64,000 bases of DNA from a bacterium (GTDB lineage: Bacteria; UBA8248). The position numbers and the translations under genes were made by a program. The DNA lies in the NCBI GenBank assembly GCA_965207065.1, contig OZ242260.1, positions 96,001-160,000 of the forward strand, written 5' to 3'. The notes below the pieces were generated by a model, which was not told the origin of the DNA, made no database searches, and saw only the letters and a list, made by a program, of their open reading frames with translations. Shown in pieces: positions 41,144 through 51,001 of the stretch. The stretch's first letter is position 1, and every line of letters begins with the position of its first letter.

Positions 41144-41884
41144 CTACATGCCCAGATACGCTTTTTTCACTTGCGGGTTCGCCAGCAATTCATCCGAGGT
41201 GCCGGAGATCGTCACACGCCCCGTCTCGAATACATAGGCCCGGCTCGCGAGTTCGAATGCGGTCAGCACGTCCTGTTCCACGAGGATGATGGCGACGCCC
41301 TCCTCGTTTATCTGCCGGACGAAGCCACACAACTCCTCCACCAGACGGGGCGCTAGCCCCAGGGAGAGTTCATCGATCAAGAGCAACCTGGGACGCGCCA
41401 TCAATCCCCGGGCAATCGCGCACATCTGCTGCTCACCGCCGGACATACTCCCCGCAAGCTGGGATTTCCGCTCCGCCAATCTCGGGAAAAACCCGTACAC
41501 CCTCTCCAAATCCGCCGCCAGTTCCTGATCCGCCATTTTCCGGGCATAAGCGCCCATTAAAAGATTCTCCTCCACGCTCATCGCGGCGAAAAGACGGCGG
41601 CCCTCGGGCACATGGGAAATCCCTTTGGCGACGACACTTTCCGGCGCCATTCCCTCGATGGACTCACCACCGAGCGTTATCGTTCCCGCCTGATGAGGGA
41701 GAACGCCCGACAGCATTCGCAGGAAAGTGGATTTTCCAACGCCGTTGCTGCCGACGATAGCGACAATCTCGCCTTCGCGTACGTTCAAATCAATGCCCCA
41801 CAAAACCTGCACGACATCATACCCACCCGCCAAGCCGCGTACTTCGAGAAGGCTCTCCCCGCTGTGCGATTCATGCGTCATCAC
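41144..41884 (-). CDS. ABC ATP-binding protein (LivF-like)
   Basis: GSNGVGKST, VPEGRRLF, MSGGEQQM, DELSLGLAP, VEQ. Confidence 0.92.
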   Translation of the reverse strand: MMTHESHSGESLLEVRGLAGGYDVVQVLWGIDLNVREGEIVAIVGSNGVGKSTFLRMLSGVLPHQAGTITLGGESIEGMAPESVVAKGISHVPEGRRLFAAMSVEENLLMGAYARKMADQELAADLERVYGFFPRLAERKSQLAGSMSGGEQQMCAIARGLMARPRLLLIDELSLGLAPRLVEELCGFVRQINEEGVAIILVEQDVLTAFELASRAYVFETGRVTISGTSDELLANPQVKKAYLGM

Positions 41885-41886
41885 GC

Positions 41887-42654
41887 CTAAGACTCCTCGG
41901 CCAGTTTTTTCATCATCGCCACGTACTTCTCGCCCAGATACGCCTTGATGACCTGCTCGTCGCTCGTGACCTCGCTCGGTAAACCTTCCGCTATCTTCTC
42001 CCCGTGGTGCAGAACGACGACGCGGTCCGAGAGGTCCGTAATCACCTTCATCAAATGCTCGATCACCAAGATGGTCACGCCTTGTTCCCTCACCTTGTGG
42101 ATGAGCGAGATGGCGTTCTCGATCTCCGTCGTGTTGAGCCCTGCATTCACCTCATCAAGCAGCAACACCTCGGGTTCCGTGGCGAGGGACTTTGCAAATT
42201 CCAGGCGTTTTCTCTCGGCGAGCGTAAGCTGGGAGGCGAGTTGCGCGGCCTTATCGCTCAGCCCTACGAAGTCCAGCATTTCATCCGCGAGTTCCTGGGC
42301 GCGCTTCACCTCCTTCTTCGATTTCTGGGAGCCGAACAACGCGCCCATCACCACGTTCTCGCGCACCGCAAGGCCCGCAAAAGGCTGGACTATCTGAAAC
42401 GTCCGTGCGACTCCCATTCGCGTGATGGAGTGGGGTTTCAAGGTTTCGATGCGCTCGCCGTGAAAGAGAATTTCGCCTTCGTTTGCCGGGTCGAGGCCCG
42501 TGATGCAATTCAGAAGCGTCGTCTTACCCGCTCCGTTGGGGCCGATGACGCCCAGGATCTCCCCCTTGCGCACGGTGAAATCCACCGCCGAGACGGCGGT
42601 GAGTCCGCCGAAACGCTTCGTGACGCCCCTGCCCTCTAACAGTGTTTCGCTCAC
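41887..42654 (-). CDS. ABC ATP-binding protein (LivG-like)
   Basis: FGGLTAV, GPNGAGKTT, ARTFQ, LLDE.NAGL, IEH, AYLG. Confidence 0.92.
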   Translation of the reverse strand: MSETLLEGRGVTKRFGGLTAVSAVDFTVRKGEILGVIGPNGAGKTTLLNCITGLDPANEGEILFHGERIETLKPHSITRMGVARTFQIVQPFAGLAVRENVVMGALFGSQKSKKEVKRAQELADEMLDFVGLSDKAAQLASQLTLAERKRLEFAKSLATEPEVLLLDEVNAGLNTTEIENAISLIHKVREQGVTILVIEHLMKVITDLSDRVVVLHHGEKIAEGLPSEVTSDEQVIKAYLGEKYVAMMKKLAEES

Positions 42655-43634
42655 ACCTTGAACCTTTGTATGTTGCTCTTGAGAATCAGCCCCAAAGACC
42701 CCCATCCACGGCTCTTCACCTCCTGGGAGAGGGTCATGAGGCCGCGCGGAATGAACAATACGACCAGCACAATGATGATTCCCAAGAACGCGCTGTGGAA
42801 TTCCGTGAACGCCCCCCAGAGGTAATCCGACAGGTATTCCATCATCACCGCGCCTACAAGCGGGCCCATCACCGTTCCCACTCCGCCAAGCATCGACATC
42901 ACGATCGCCTTGATCGAGAACATGACGTCGAAAACATCGATTGGCTCCAGAAACGCGGCGCGATACGCGTACACGCCGCCGCCCATCGCGGGGAAAATGG
43001 ATGACAGCACGAAGGCGATGATCTTGTATTTCGTCGTATCCACGCCCGTCATGGCGGCCGCGTCCTCGTTCTCCCGAATAGCAACGAGTCCATAGCCCAG
43101 GCGGTGTCGTGTGACGAAGTACTGCGTCAAGACTGCCAACACGGCCACCCCGAGCATGGAGAAGTAGAAAAAGCGCGTAAAATAATCCGGCCCGCCCGTA
43201 ATCTGGGGAAGGTTGATGCCGTCCCCTCCGCCGGTGATGCGCAGATTATCCGCCAGTTCACGGAAGAATTCCGCTACACCGAAGGTGGCGATGGCGAAGT
43301 AGTGGCCCCTCAACCTCAATATGGGAACGCCCAGCGCGAGCGCCACGAGAGCGCCCAAACAGGCGCCGATCCCCAGCGTGATGAAGAAATTGAACCCTGC
43401 GTTCATGAGGATGGCCGTCGTGTACGCTCCAAGCCCGAAAAAAGCAGCCGGTGCGAAAGAGGGGTAGCCCGTCAAACCGCCGATGAAATTCCAACTCGTC
43501 GCCAGAATAGCCACCATCAGGATGTCCATCCACTTGCGAATCTCGTCGTTTTCCACGAAAGAGGGCAAGAGTATGAGGGCGAGGACACCCGCTCCTATGC
43601 CGAACCATTGAATGTGGGCCCAAGGCTTGAACAT
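42651..43634 (-). CDS. ABC permease (LivM-like)
   Basis: AFFGLGAY, RLRGHYFAIAT, AIRENEDAA, LGGVGT. Confidence 0.92.
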   Translation of the reverse strand: MFKPWAHIQWFGIGAGVLALILLPSFVENDEIRKWMDILMVAILATSWNFIGGLTGYPSFAPAAFFGLGAYTTAILMNAGFNFFITLGIGACLGALVALALGVPILRLRGHYFAIATFGVAEFFRELADNLRITGGGDGINLPQITGGPDYFTRFFYFSMLGVAVLAVLTQYFVTRHRLGYGLVAIRENEDAAAMTGVDTTKYKIIAFVLSSIFPAMGGGVYAYRAAFLEPIDVFDVMFSIKAIVMSMLGGVGTVMGPLVGAVMMEYLSDYLWGAFTEFHSAFLGIIIVLVVLFIPRGLMTLSQEVKSRGWGSLGLILKSNIQRFKV

Positions 43635-43635
43635 G

Positions 43636-44502
43636 CTATTCAAACCCCTTTCTGCCCAGCAAGCCCGATGGCTTGATGAAGAGCACCAGAATCAAGAGCA
43701 CATAGCCGATGGCGTTTTGCAGCCCGGGACCTAGATACAAAGCGCCAAAATTCTCGGCGAGTCCCAGGATCAGCCCCCCCGCCAGCGCACCCGTGATGTT
43801 TCCGAGTCCTCCGATGGTGCAAATGATGAAGGATTTCGAAAGAAACTCCACGTCGCTCACCGGCGATATGGCGAAACCAACGCTCACCAGGGACCCCGAC
43901 GTGGCCGCGGCGGCCGCGCCGATTCCATAAGTGATGGCGTAGATTCTTCCGATGTCGACGCCCATCAGCTGGGCGGAGTCCAAGTCCATCCGCGTCGCGC
44001 GTATGGCCCGGCCCGTGCGCGTGTGCCCCATAAACCAGAAGAGAATACTCGTGAGAACGACACCCAGCACGAAAATGGAAACTCGGACGAACGGTATCGA
44101 AAGACCCATGAGGGGAATGGAAAAACCCGCATAGGAGGGCTGAACCGACCTGAAATCGCCGGTGAAGAAATAAATCGCCAGCCTCACGACGAGCAATTGA
44201 AGGCCGAAGGTGAGAATCAAGGACATGAACATGGGCGCGCGAACGATTTTGTTGATCAGTCCGCGCTGCACAATATAACCGGCGCAGAACATGGTGACGG
44301 CGGAAACAGGAAGAGATAAAAACGGATCCACGCCGTAGAGCTTGAACATCCAAAACGTAACGTAGCCGCCCAGCATTAAAAACGTGCCGTGCATAATGTT
44401 GAGGATGTTCATGACGCCCCAGACGAGCGAGAAGCCGACTGCGATGCAGGCGTATATGCCTCCGAGGAGAATGCTGTTAATCAGAATCTGGGCGTAAACC
44501 AT
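43636..44502 (-). CDS. ABC permease (LivH-like)
   Basis: GFSLVWGVMNILN..HG, TGRAIRA, IGGLGN, KPSGLLG. Confidence 0.92.
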   Translation of the reverse strand: MVYAQILINSILLGGIYACIAVGFSLVWGVMNILNIMHGTFLMLGGYVTFWMFKLYGVDPFLSLPVSAVTMFCAGYIVQRGLINKIVRAPMFMSLILTFGLQLLVVRLAIYFFTGDFRSVQPSYAGFSIPLMGLSIPFVRVSIFVLGVVLTSILFWFMGHTRTGRAIRATRMDLDSAQLMGVDIGRIYAITYGIGAAAAATSGSLVSVGFAISPVSDVEFLSKSFIICTIGGLGNITGALAGGLILGLAENFGALYLGPGLQNAIGYVLLILVLFIKPSGLLGRKGFE

Positions 44503-44523
44503 TTGTCTTACCTGCGGTAGATG

Positions 44524-45579
44524 CTAGGTGATGATTTCCCATTCGCTCGAATACCGATCGAGTTGCGCCGCGCTGTATGGGTCCACGTGATGATCGCGTT
44601 CGGGAATATCGACGTGCTTCTCTTCCCCGCACAAGGCGGTGGTGAAATAGCGCTGTCCCGTGTCGTTGATGTTCGTGACGATGCTGGCGAGCTCGGGATG
44701 CCTTCTGGCCAGCTTGATGGCCGCCGCCACGTTGCAGCCCGAGGAGATGCCGCAAAATATCCCCTCCTCGCGCGCGAGGCGCTGCGCCATTTCAACCGAC
44801 TCATCCGTCGTCGTCGTCACGATGCCCGTGAGTTGCGACAGGTCGAGCGCCTTGGGCACGAAGCCGTCCCCGATGCCTTCGATGCCGTGCGGTCCCCAGC
44901 CCCGCTGGCTCAGGAGCGGACATTCCTGAGGCTCCACGGCGTAGAGCCTCACGTCCGGGTTGTCTTCGCGCAGGAATTTCCCCACGCCGCTCACCCAACC
45001 ACCCGTCCCCTGCGACGCCACGACTGCGTCTACGCGCCCATCCAACTGCTCGAAAATTTCTGGCCCTGTCGTGAGATAATGCGCCTCATTGTTGTCGAGA
45101 TTGTCGAACTGGGCGGGTACCCAGTATTTCTCGGGCGTAGCCGCGCGGATTTCTTCGAGTTTATCGAGCGCGAGATCGACGTCGCTCTCTCCTCCCGGTG
45201 TAAACACCAAATCGGCCCCGTAGGCGCGCATGAGTTTTTTTCGCTCATCGCTCATGCCCTCGGGCATGACGACGATACAGGAGTAACCCTTCACCGCGGC
45301 TACGAACGAACAGGCGATGCCTGCGTTGCCGGTGGAGCATTCGAGCACCGTCATGCCGGCTTTCAAGTCGCCGCGTTCCTCTGCGTTCAGGATCATGTTG
45401 TAGTAGATACGATCCTTGAGGCTCCCCGATGGCGAGTACCACTCGAGCTTCGCGTAGATTTCGGGCTCCACGTCCGCCGCCACCTTGTTCAGGCGGACCA
45501 GAGGCGTACCCCCGATGGCGTCGAAAATGTTTTCGGAATAGCGTCTGTAAGAATCCCAGGCTCTTTTTTGGATGCCCAT
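44524..45579 (-). CDS. PLP-dependent cysteine synthase family protein (2)
   Basis: IGGTPLVRL, KLEWYSPSGSLKDR, STGNAGI, GTGG, HGIEGIG, GISSG. Confidence 0.9.
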   Translation of the reverse strand: MGIQKRAWDSYRRYSENIFDAIGGTPLVRLNKVAADVEPEIYAKLEWYSPSGSLKDRIYYNMILNAEERGDLKAGMTVLECSTGNAGIACSFVAAVKGYSCIVVMPEGMSDERKKLMRAYGADLVFTPGGESDVDLALDKLEEIRAATPEKYWVPAQFDNLDNNEAHYLTTGPEIFEQLDGRVDAVVASQGTGGWVSGVGKFLREDNPDVRLYAVEPQECPLLSQRGWGPHGIEGIGDGFVPKALDLSQLTGIVTTTTDESVEMAQRLAREEGIFCGISSGCNVAAAIKLARRHPELASIVTNINDTGQRYFTTALCGEEKHVDIPERDHHVDPYSAAQLDRYSSEWEIIT

Positions 45580-45610
45580 CCTTTACACCTTGAAAAGAGG
45601 AGAAAAAACC

Positions 45611-46663
45611 TTATTCGATGATCTCCCATGAAGTTCTGAATTTCTGGAGCATCATCTCCCTGTCTCCTTCGACGACGTCCTGCAGCGCCGCCTCCATGCC
45701 CGATTCGTCATGACAAAGCGGGGTGGAGAAGTAGCGCTGCCCCGAATCCCCGAATATGGTGACGATTCGACCAGTTTCTGGATAGGAGCGCGCGAACTTC
45801 ACCGCCGCCGCCAGGTTACAGCCCGAAGATATCCCGCAGAAAAGGCCCTCCTCGCGCGAGGCACGCCTCGCCATGCGGAGCGACTCTTCGGTCGAGGCGG
45901 TGATGATGCCGTCGATGATGGACAAATCCAGGATGTTGGGAATCAGTCCGTCGCCGATTCCCGCGATACCGTGGCCGCAGCAAATCCCTTCGCTGATCAG
46001 GGGCGATTCCGTCGGCTCCACGCCGTAAATCTTGAGCTTGGGGTTTTTCTCCCTCAAAAACCGCCCTACTCCTGTGAGCCAGCCGCCCGTCCCTACCGCA
46101 GCGATGAGCGCATCCACGCGGCCATCCAACTGCTCCCAGATTTCTGGGCCCGAGGTGGTGTAGTGCGTATCCACGTTGTCCATATTCTCAAATTCGGCGG
46201 GCACCCAGTATCTGTCGGGGTCGCTCGCAGCCATTTCCTTCATGCGCTCTAGGGCGACGTCCACGTCGCTCTCTCCACCCGGCGTCGTAATGAGTTCGGC
46301 TCCAAAGGCGCGAATCATCTTCTTACGCTCGGGACTCATCAACTCCGGCATGACGATGATGCACGCATACCCCCTGACCGCGGCCGCCGCGGCGCAGGCG
46401 ATGCCCGCATTGCCGGATGAGCACTCCAGAATCACCTTGCCTGGGGTCAGCTCCCCCCTCGCCTCTGCGCGGGAAATCATCTGTTCATAGATGCGATCCT
46501 TCAAGCTTCCCGTGGGGGAATACCATTCGATTTTGGCGAAAATCTCAGGCGCAAGCCCCTGTGAGATTCGTCCCAGCCTCACCAGCGGTGTATAACCCAC
46601 GGCGTCGAAAATCGTCTCCGAGACCGAAGCCAGGCTATCCCATGCTATCGATGTCACTTGCAT
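45611..46663 (-). CDS. PLP-dependent cysteine synthase family protein (1)
   Basis: VGYTPLVRL, KIEWYSPTGSLKDR, SSGNAGI, VGTGG, DSGQRYFST. Confidence 0.9.
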   Translation of the reverse strand: MQVTSIAWDSLASVSETIFDAVGYTPLVRLGRISQGLAPEIFAKIEWYSPTGSLKDRIYEQMISRAEARGELTPGKVILECSSGNAGIACAAAAAVRGYACIIVMPELMSPERKKMIRAFGAELITTPGGESDVDVALERMKEMAASDPDRYWVPAEFENMDNVDTHYTTSGPEIWEQLDGRVDALIAAVGTGGWLTGVGRFLREKNPKLKIYGVEPTESPLISEGICCGHGIAGIGDGLIPNILDLSIIDGIITASTEESLRMARRASREEGLFCGISSGCNLAAAVKFARSYPETGRIVTIFGDSGQRYFSTPLCHDESGMEAALQDVVEGDREMMLQKFRTSWEIIE

Positions 46664-46701
46664 CTTTCTGCTCCCGTGAGGCGGCGCGTTATTTTCTTAT
46701 C

Positions 46702-47658
46702 TTAACCCGCTCTCAAACGAGGGATGATTTCTTTCGCCACGATTTCCACCTGCTCCATCTGGTATTTGTAGGGAACGAAAATGAGCCGGTCGACCCCGGT
46801 GTCGATGTGGGCCTGGAGTTGCGCAACGCACTCATCGACATTCCCCATGACGGCGCTATTGGCCGTGGACTCGCTCCAGGAGGCGTAGTCCCACTCCGTG
46901 TGGAGCCATTCGTTCATCGGCTCCTCGATGTCCGCGCGCGAATCGCCCACCATGATGGGAAGCTGATTTGTGCTCTCAAGCGCGGCGGGATCGCGCCCTG
47001 CCTCTTCCGCGAAGCGGAGAACTTTATTCCAGGATTCCGTAAAACTCTCTGGCGTATAAAAGTAAGTGAGCCAGCCGTCGCCCTTCTCTCCGGCGCGCTT
47101 GAGTACGCGGTCGACGTAGCCCCCGATGAGAATGCTCGGCCTCGGGCTCTGCACCGGCTTGGGGAACATGACGGAATTTCTGAGATTGTACTGGCCATAT
47201 TCGGCGCGCACCATATCCTCGGCCCACAGTCTCGTGATGATCTCGATGTTCTGATCCATGATGTTGCCGCGTTTCTCGAAAGGAACGCCCACCGCGTCGA
47301 ACTCGCGCTTGTACCAGCCCGACGCCATACCGACGATGAGGCGGCCGTTCGAAATCTGATCGATGCTCGATAATTGCTTCGCTACGACGAGCGGGTTCCT
47401 GAGCGGCAGGACGAGCACGCCCGTGCCGAGCTTGATTTTGCTCGTCCGAGCGGCTACCGCCGTCAGAAGCGTCAACGACTCGATGATGGGAAAGTGCGGC
47501 TCCACCCCCAGCAGAATGTGGTCCCACACCCACAGGGATTCGAAGCCCAACTCCTCCATGGCGACGCCGTATTCGATGAGCGCCTCCGCATCGGGGAGTT
47601 CTGGATACGCGGTGAAATTCCGCATGGCGATTCCGTACTTGACGTCTGTTCCTGACAT
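46702..47658 (-). CDS. LLM-class (luciferase-like, possibly F420-dependent) oxidoreductase
   Basis: GFESLWVWDH, IKLGTGVLVLPLRNP, DQISNGR, PKPVQ. Confidence 0.9.
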   Translation of the reverse strand: MSGTDVKYGIAMRNFTAYPELPDAEALIEYGVAMEELGFESLWVWDHILLGVEPHFPIIESLTLLTAVAARTSKIKLGTGVLVLPLRNPLVVAKQLSSIDQISNGRLIVGMASGWYKREFDAVGVPFEKRGNIMDQNIEIITRLWAEDMVRAEYGQYNLRNSVMFPKPVQSPRPSILIGGYVDRVLKRAGEKGDGWLTYFYTPESFTESWNKVLRFAEEAGRDPAALESTNQLPIMVGDSRADIEEPMNEWLHTEWDYASWSESTANSAVMGNVDECVAQLQAHIDTGVDRLIFVPYKYQMEQVEIVAKEIIPRLRAG

Positions 47659-47674
47659 GTCGATTCCCTCGGTC

Positions 47675-48943
47675 TTATTCCGCTCCGCACCAATCCAGAA
47701 TGGAGAGCGCCAGTGTTTTCGTCGCGTCGATCACGTCTTCCACCGCCACCCACTCGTTGTTCGCGTGCATCTGGGTGGTGGGGCCAGGGCCGAAGATCAC
47801 CGTCGGGATGCCGGCAAAACCATTCAAAAAGCGTGTGTCCGCCGCTCCCTGGCGTCCGGATATTTCAGGTGTATTGCCCGATACTTCGTGGTAAGCGCTC
47901 GCCACCGTCTTGACGATCGGGTGTTCAGCGTCCACCGCCGCCGATTCGGCGTAATACCCCACGAATCGCACCTCCGGCGGATGATCCTTCATCCAGGGAT
48001 CATCCCCTGCCGCCTGCGCCACCTGAGCGACCAGGCTCTGCTTGGCCGCATCGTGATCCTCACCCGGCACGGTGGCGAGACTCCCCTTGAGTACGCAGGT
48101 GTCTGGGAATGCGCTCGGGAAACTCCCGGCCTCCATCGAGCCGACCATGCAGGGAATCGCGTCGATGATCTTGGGATACAACGGATGGGATACCGTCTCC
48201 AGACGTTTTTTCTCGAGATCGGCCACCGCCTGAACGATCTTGTAGCCCAGGTCGATGGCGTTGACGCCCTGATATCTCCGCTGGATGCCCGCCGCCTTTC
48301 CGCGTACCAGTATCTCGAACCAGATTCTGCCGATGCAGCCGGGTTGGATGGCGTTCCCGCTCGTCTCGCAGCATATGCCCGCATCCGCCGTATAGCCGCG
48401 CAAAATGGTGTCGAGCGTGCCGTGGCCGCTCAACTCCTCATCCACGACGAAATCGAGAATCACATCGCCCTTGGGCCTGAGCCCCGCCGCCATGAAGCAT
48501 TTGGCCGCCATCATAATGGCCGCCACCCCGCTTTTCATGTCCGAAGCGCCGCGCCCGTACAGACGGCCGTCCTCGATGTCGGCGGAGAGCGGCCCATGCT
48601 CCCATGCGTCATCCGGGCCGTTGGGGACGGTATCGGTGTGGCCGTTCATCAGGAGCGACCTGCCTCCACCCGAGCCCTTGAGGACGGCGACCACGTTCGG
48701 CCTCCCCTCATAGCCCCTCGTGACGGGCACGTATTCGGGGTGTTTTTTAAGCTCCTCCCAGTCCGATTCCCAGACGTCGACTTCCAAGTTCAAATCGCGC
48801 AGGAAATCCGCGATGTAACCTTGAATCTCCTCCTCATCCCCCGTCACGCTCGGTATCTGCACGAGCTTGGCGAGCAGGGCGATTATCTCGTCCTGATGGG
48901 CGTCGACCTGGGCTAGAATTTTTTCTCTGTGCTCGGCGCTCAT
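47675..48943 (-). CDS. ArgE/DapE family M20 deacylase
   Basis: NGHTDTVP, GRGASDMKSG, DEE, FGPG...MH..NE. Confidence 0.9.
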   Translation of the reverse strand: MSAEHREKILAQVDAHQDEIIALLAKLVQIPSVTGDEEEIQGYIADFLRDLNLEVDVWESDWEELKKHPEYVPVTRGYEGRPNVVAVLKGSGGGRSLLMNGHTDTVPNGPDDAWEHGPLSADIEDGRLYGRGASDMKSGVAAIMMAAKCFMAAGLRPKGDVILDFVVDEELSGHGTLDTILRGYTADAGICCETSGNAIQPGCIGRIWFEILVRGKAAGIQRRYQGVNAIDLGYKIVQAVADLEKKRLETVSHPLYPKIIDAIPCMVGSMEAGSFPSAFPDTCVLKGSLATVPGEDHDAAKQSLVAQVAQAAGDDPWMKDHPPEVRFVGYYAESAAVDAEHPIVKTVASAYHEVSGNTPEISGRQGAADTRFLNGFAGIPTVIFGPGPTTQMHANNEWVAVEDVIDATKTLALSILDWCGAE

Positions 48944-48958
48944 GACGGCTCCATATGG

Positions 48959-49732
48959 TTATGCGGTGTAGATCTTGTCGGGATCCAGATGGCGAAGCGC
49001 GGCCAGTTCCTCTTCCGTGGGCGGCTCTGTGGTTCCCACCGATGAGTCAATGATAAGTTCGAAGCCCGTGTTCTCCTGCGCCTGCTCGGGCGTGACGCCA
49101 GGGTGCAGCGCCTCGACGCGCATCCGGCCCGTGTCGTCGTCGAACCCCAGAATCGCCAGGTCGGTGACCACTCGGTACATGCCGCCGGCTATCAGGCCCG
49201 AATCGCGCCTCGAGGTTCCGCCCCTGATATAGCCGGGACTGGTGATGAAATCCACGCTTTCCACAAAACGGCGCTTTTCCTGCGGCATCGCCACGATCAT
49301 CCTGGTGAGGCTCGAAATGTCGTTCCCCCCGCCCGTGCCGGGCAGCCGCACGGAAGGATCGTCAACGCTTCCGATGAAGGAGCTGTTCAGGTTGCCGTAC
49401 TGATCAATTTGAGCGCCTCCCATGAAGCCCACGTCCACATAGCCGCGCTGGAGCAAGAGCAGCACCTCGGTGATGCTCACCAGCATGTTCGCCTTTCGCG
49501 TACAGCGCTGCTCATTCGTGGTGGGCGGAAGCTGACCGGGCACGACGTGCGGGCCGATGGTGCCACCCTCGAAGAGAATCGTCACGCCCGGGGCATGGAG
49601 ACGCTGGGCCAGCGTGGCGGCCAAAAGCGGAATCCCCACGCCCGCGAAAACCACCTGCCCGTCTTCGAGCGCGCGGGCGCTCATGACGCACAAAAGCTCC
49701 GACGCCGTGAAATCTTTCGTCTCAGTCGTCAT
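48959..49732 (-). CDS. CoA-transferase beta subunit (glutaconate/3-oxoadipate type)
   Basis: FAGVGIP, FEGG, GGAQIDQYGNLNSS, RLPGTGGGND, VDFITSPG. Confidence 0.9.
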   Translation of the reverse strand: MTTETKDFTASELLCVMSARALEDGQVVFAGVGIPLLAATLAQRLHAPGVTILFEGGTIGPHVVPGQLPPTTNEQRCTRKANMLVSITEVLLLLQRGYVDVGFMGGAQIDQYGNLNSSFIGSVDDPSVRLPGTGGGNDISSLTRMIVAMPQEKRRFVESVDFITSPGYIRGGTSRRDSGLIAGGMYRVVTDLAILGFDDDTGRMRVEALHPGVTPEQAQENTGFELIIDSSVGTTEPPTEEELAALRHLDPDKIYTA

Positions 49733-50687
49733 AAATGCTCCTCCCCCTGCGGGCCGCATCCAGCAGCTTCTCCAGGCCGATGAGATTCAGATACTCCGTC
49801 CAGTTCTTCGGTGCGTAGAAGTATTCATCCAGATACGTCTTCACGCCTTCCATCGGCTCTTTCCTCGTGAGTTCCGCATAATAATCCATATGGGAAAACA
49901 AAGGCTCATAGACACCGAAGCACTCATGCGGCGCGCAGCCGTAAGGCGCCTCCACAACGGCGTCGACGGTGAAGAAGGGGATCCTCGTCTGATCGGGCCT
50001 TCTGCGAATCTGATCGTTCGAGATGATGCGCTCGGTGGTGATAATCACCCGGTTCGCCGCCATGGCCATGTCGATATCCATGAAGGTCAGGCCGTCCAGT
50101 TGGGCGTTGCCGTATGGGTCGCACCTTTGCACGTGTATCAGGGCGACGTCGGGGTTCAGGGCCGGGACCAGGAGGATTTTCTCGCCCGTGAACGGACAGG
50201 TCATCTCTTCCAGATTTTCGAGCTGCCCGGCCACGTCCGATCCCATCATCGAGCGCATCGGCATGAACGGAACACCCATGGCGCCCGCCCTGTAGCGCAG
50301 GCCGATGGACATATGGCTCCACTCCTCGAAACGGGCCAGCCTGTTCTCGGTGAAATGCCGCATGACGCGCGAAACACCCCACACGATTCCCTGACTGAAC
50401 CAACTCGTAAGAATGTGATTCCCGACCCCCGATGCGAATATGAGGTCGCCTTCGGTGGAGACGATGCTGCGCGAGAAGGAAAGATTTTTCTTCCTCGCGC
50501 GTATCAGCGCCCATATCATGGCGAAGGGGGTTCTCGAAGCCGTGGAGCCGCCCAGGCTGACGTGTTCGCCGTCGGCCACGAAATCGCAGGCTTCCTCGAG
50601 CGCCATCACCTTGTCTCTCAGACTGCGATCCCGCGACTGGGTTTTTTCCCTGAGCGTAAGATATTCTTGCGTCACAAGTTTCTCCAT
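49722..50687 (-). CDS. CoA-transferase alpha subunit
   Basis: EEWSH..I..RYRAGAMGVPFMP, PALNPDVALIHVQRCDPYGNA, PYGCAP. Confidence 0.9.
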   Translation of the reverse strand: MEKLVTQEYLTLREKTQSRDRSLRDKVMALEEACDFVADGEHVSLGGSTASRTPFAMIWALIRARKKNLSFSRSIVSTEGDLIFASGVGNHILTSWFSQGIVWGVSRVMRHFTENRLARFEEWSHMSIGLRYRAGAMGVPFMPMRSMMGSDVAGQLENLEEMTCPFTGEKILLVPALNPDVALIHVQRCDPYGNAQLDGLTFMDIDMAMAANRVIITTERIISNDQIRRRPDQTRIPFFTVDAVVEAPYGCAPHECFGVYEPLFSHMDYYAELTRKEPMEGVKTYLDEYFYAPKNWTEYLNLIGLEKLLDAARRGRSIYDD

Positions 50688-51001
50688 CACGTCGGGGCGG
50701 GGATTCGCCCCTCGTTCACAATGCGCTGAAACTCTCGTATCGGCAGCCGAAATAATATATGCCCCCGTTTGTAGATTAAACGGAAGGCAGCGGATTCGCA
50801 ATGGGGAAAATTTGAATCACATGTATTGAATAATTTAATGGATATCTTATATAATATTATCGCGTTTTGGAAGATCGTTTTCTTTTATCACCAGTTATTC
50901 GAAAGAAATACGAGAAAACGAGCCCGATGGGCATAGCACCGTACCATCAAAATTCATAATGAAATGAGTAGCATCACGGCAAATGTTTTCACGAGGCATT
51001 C

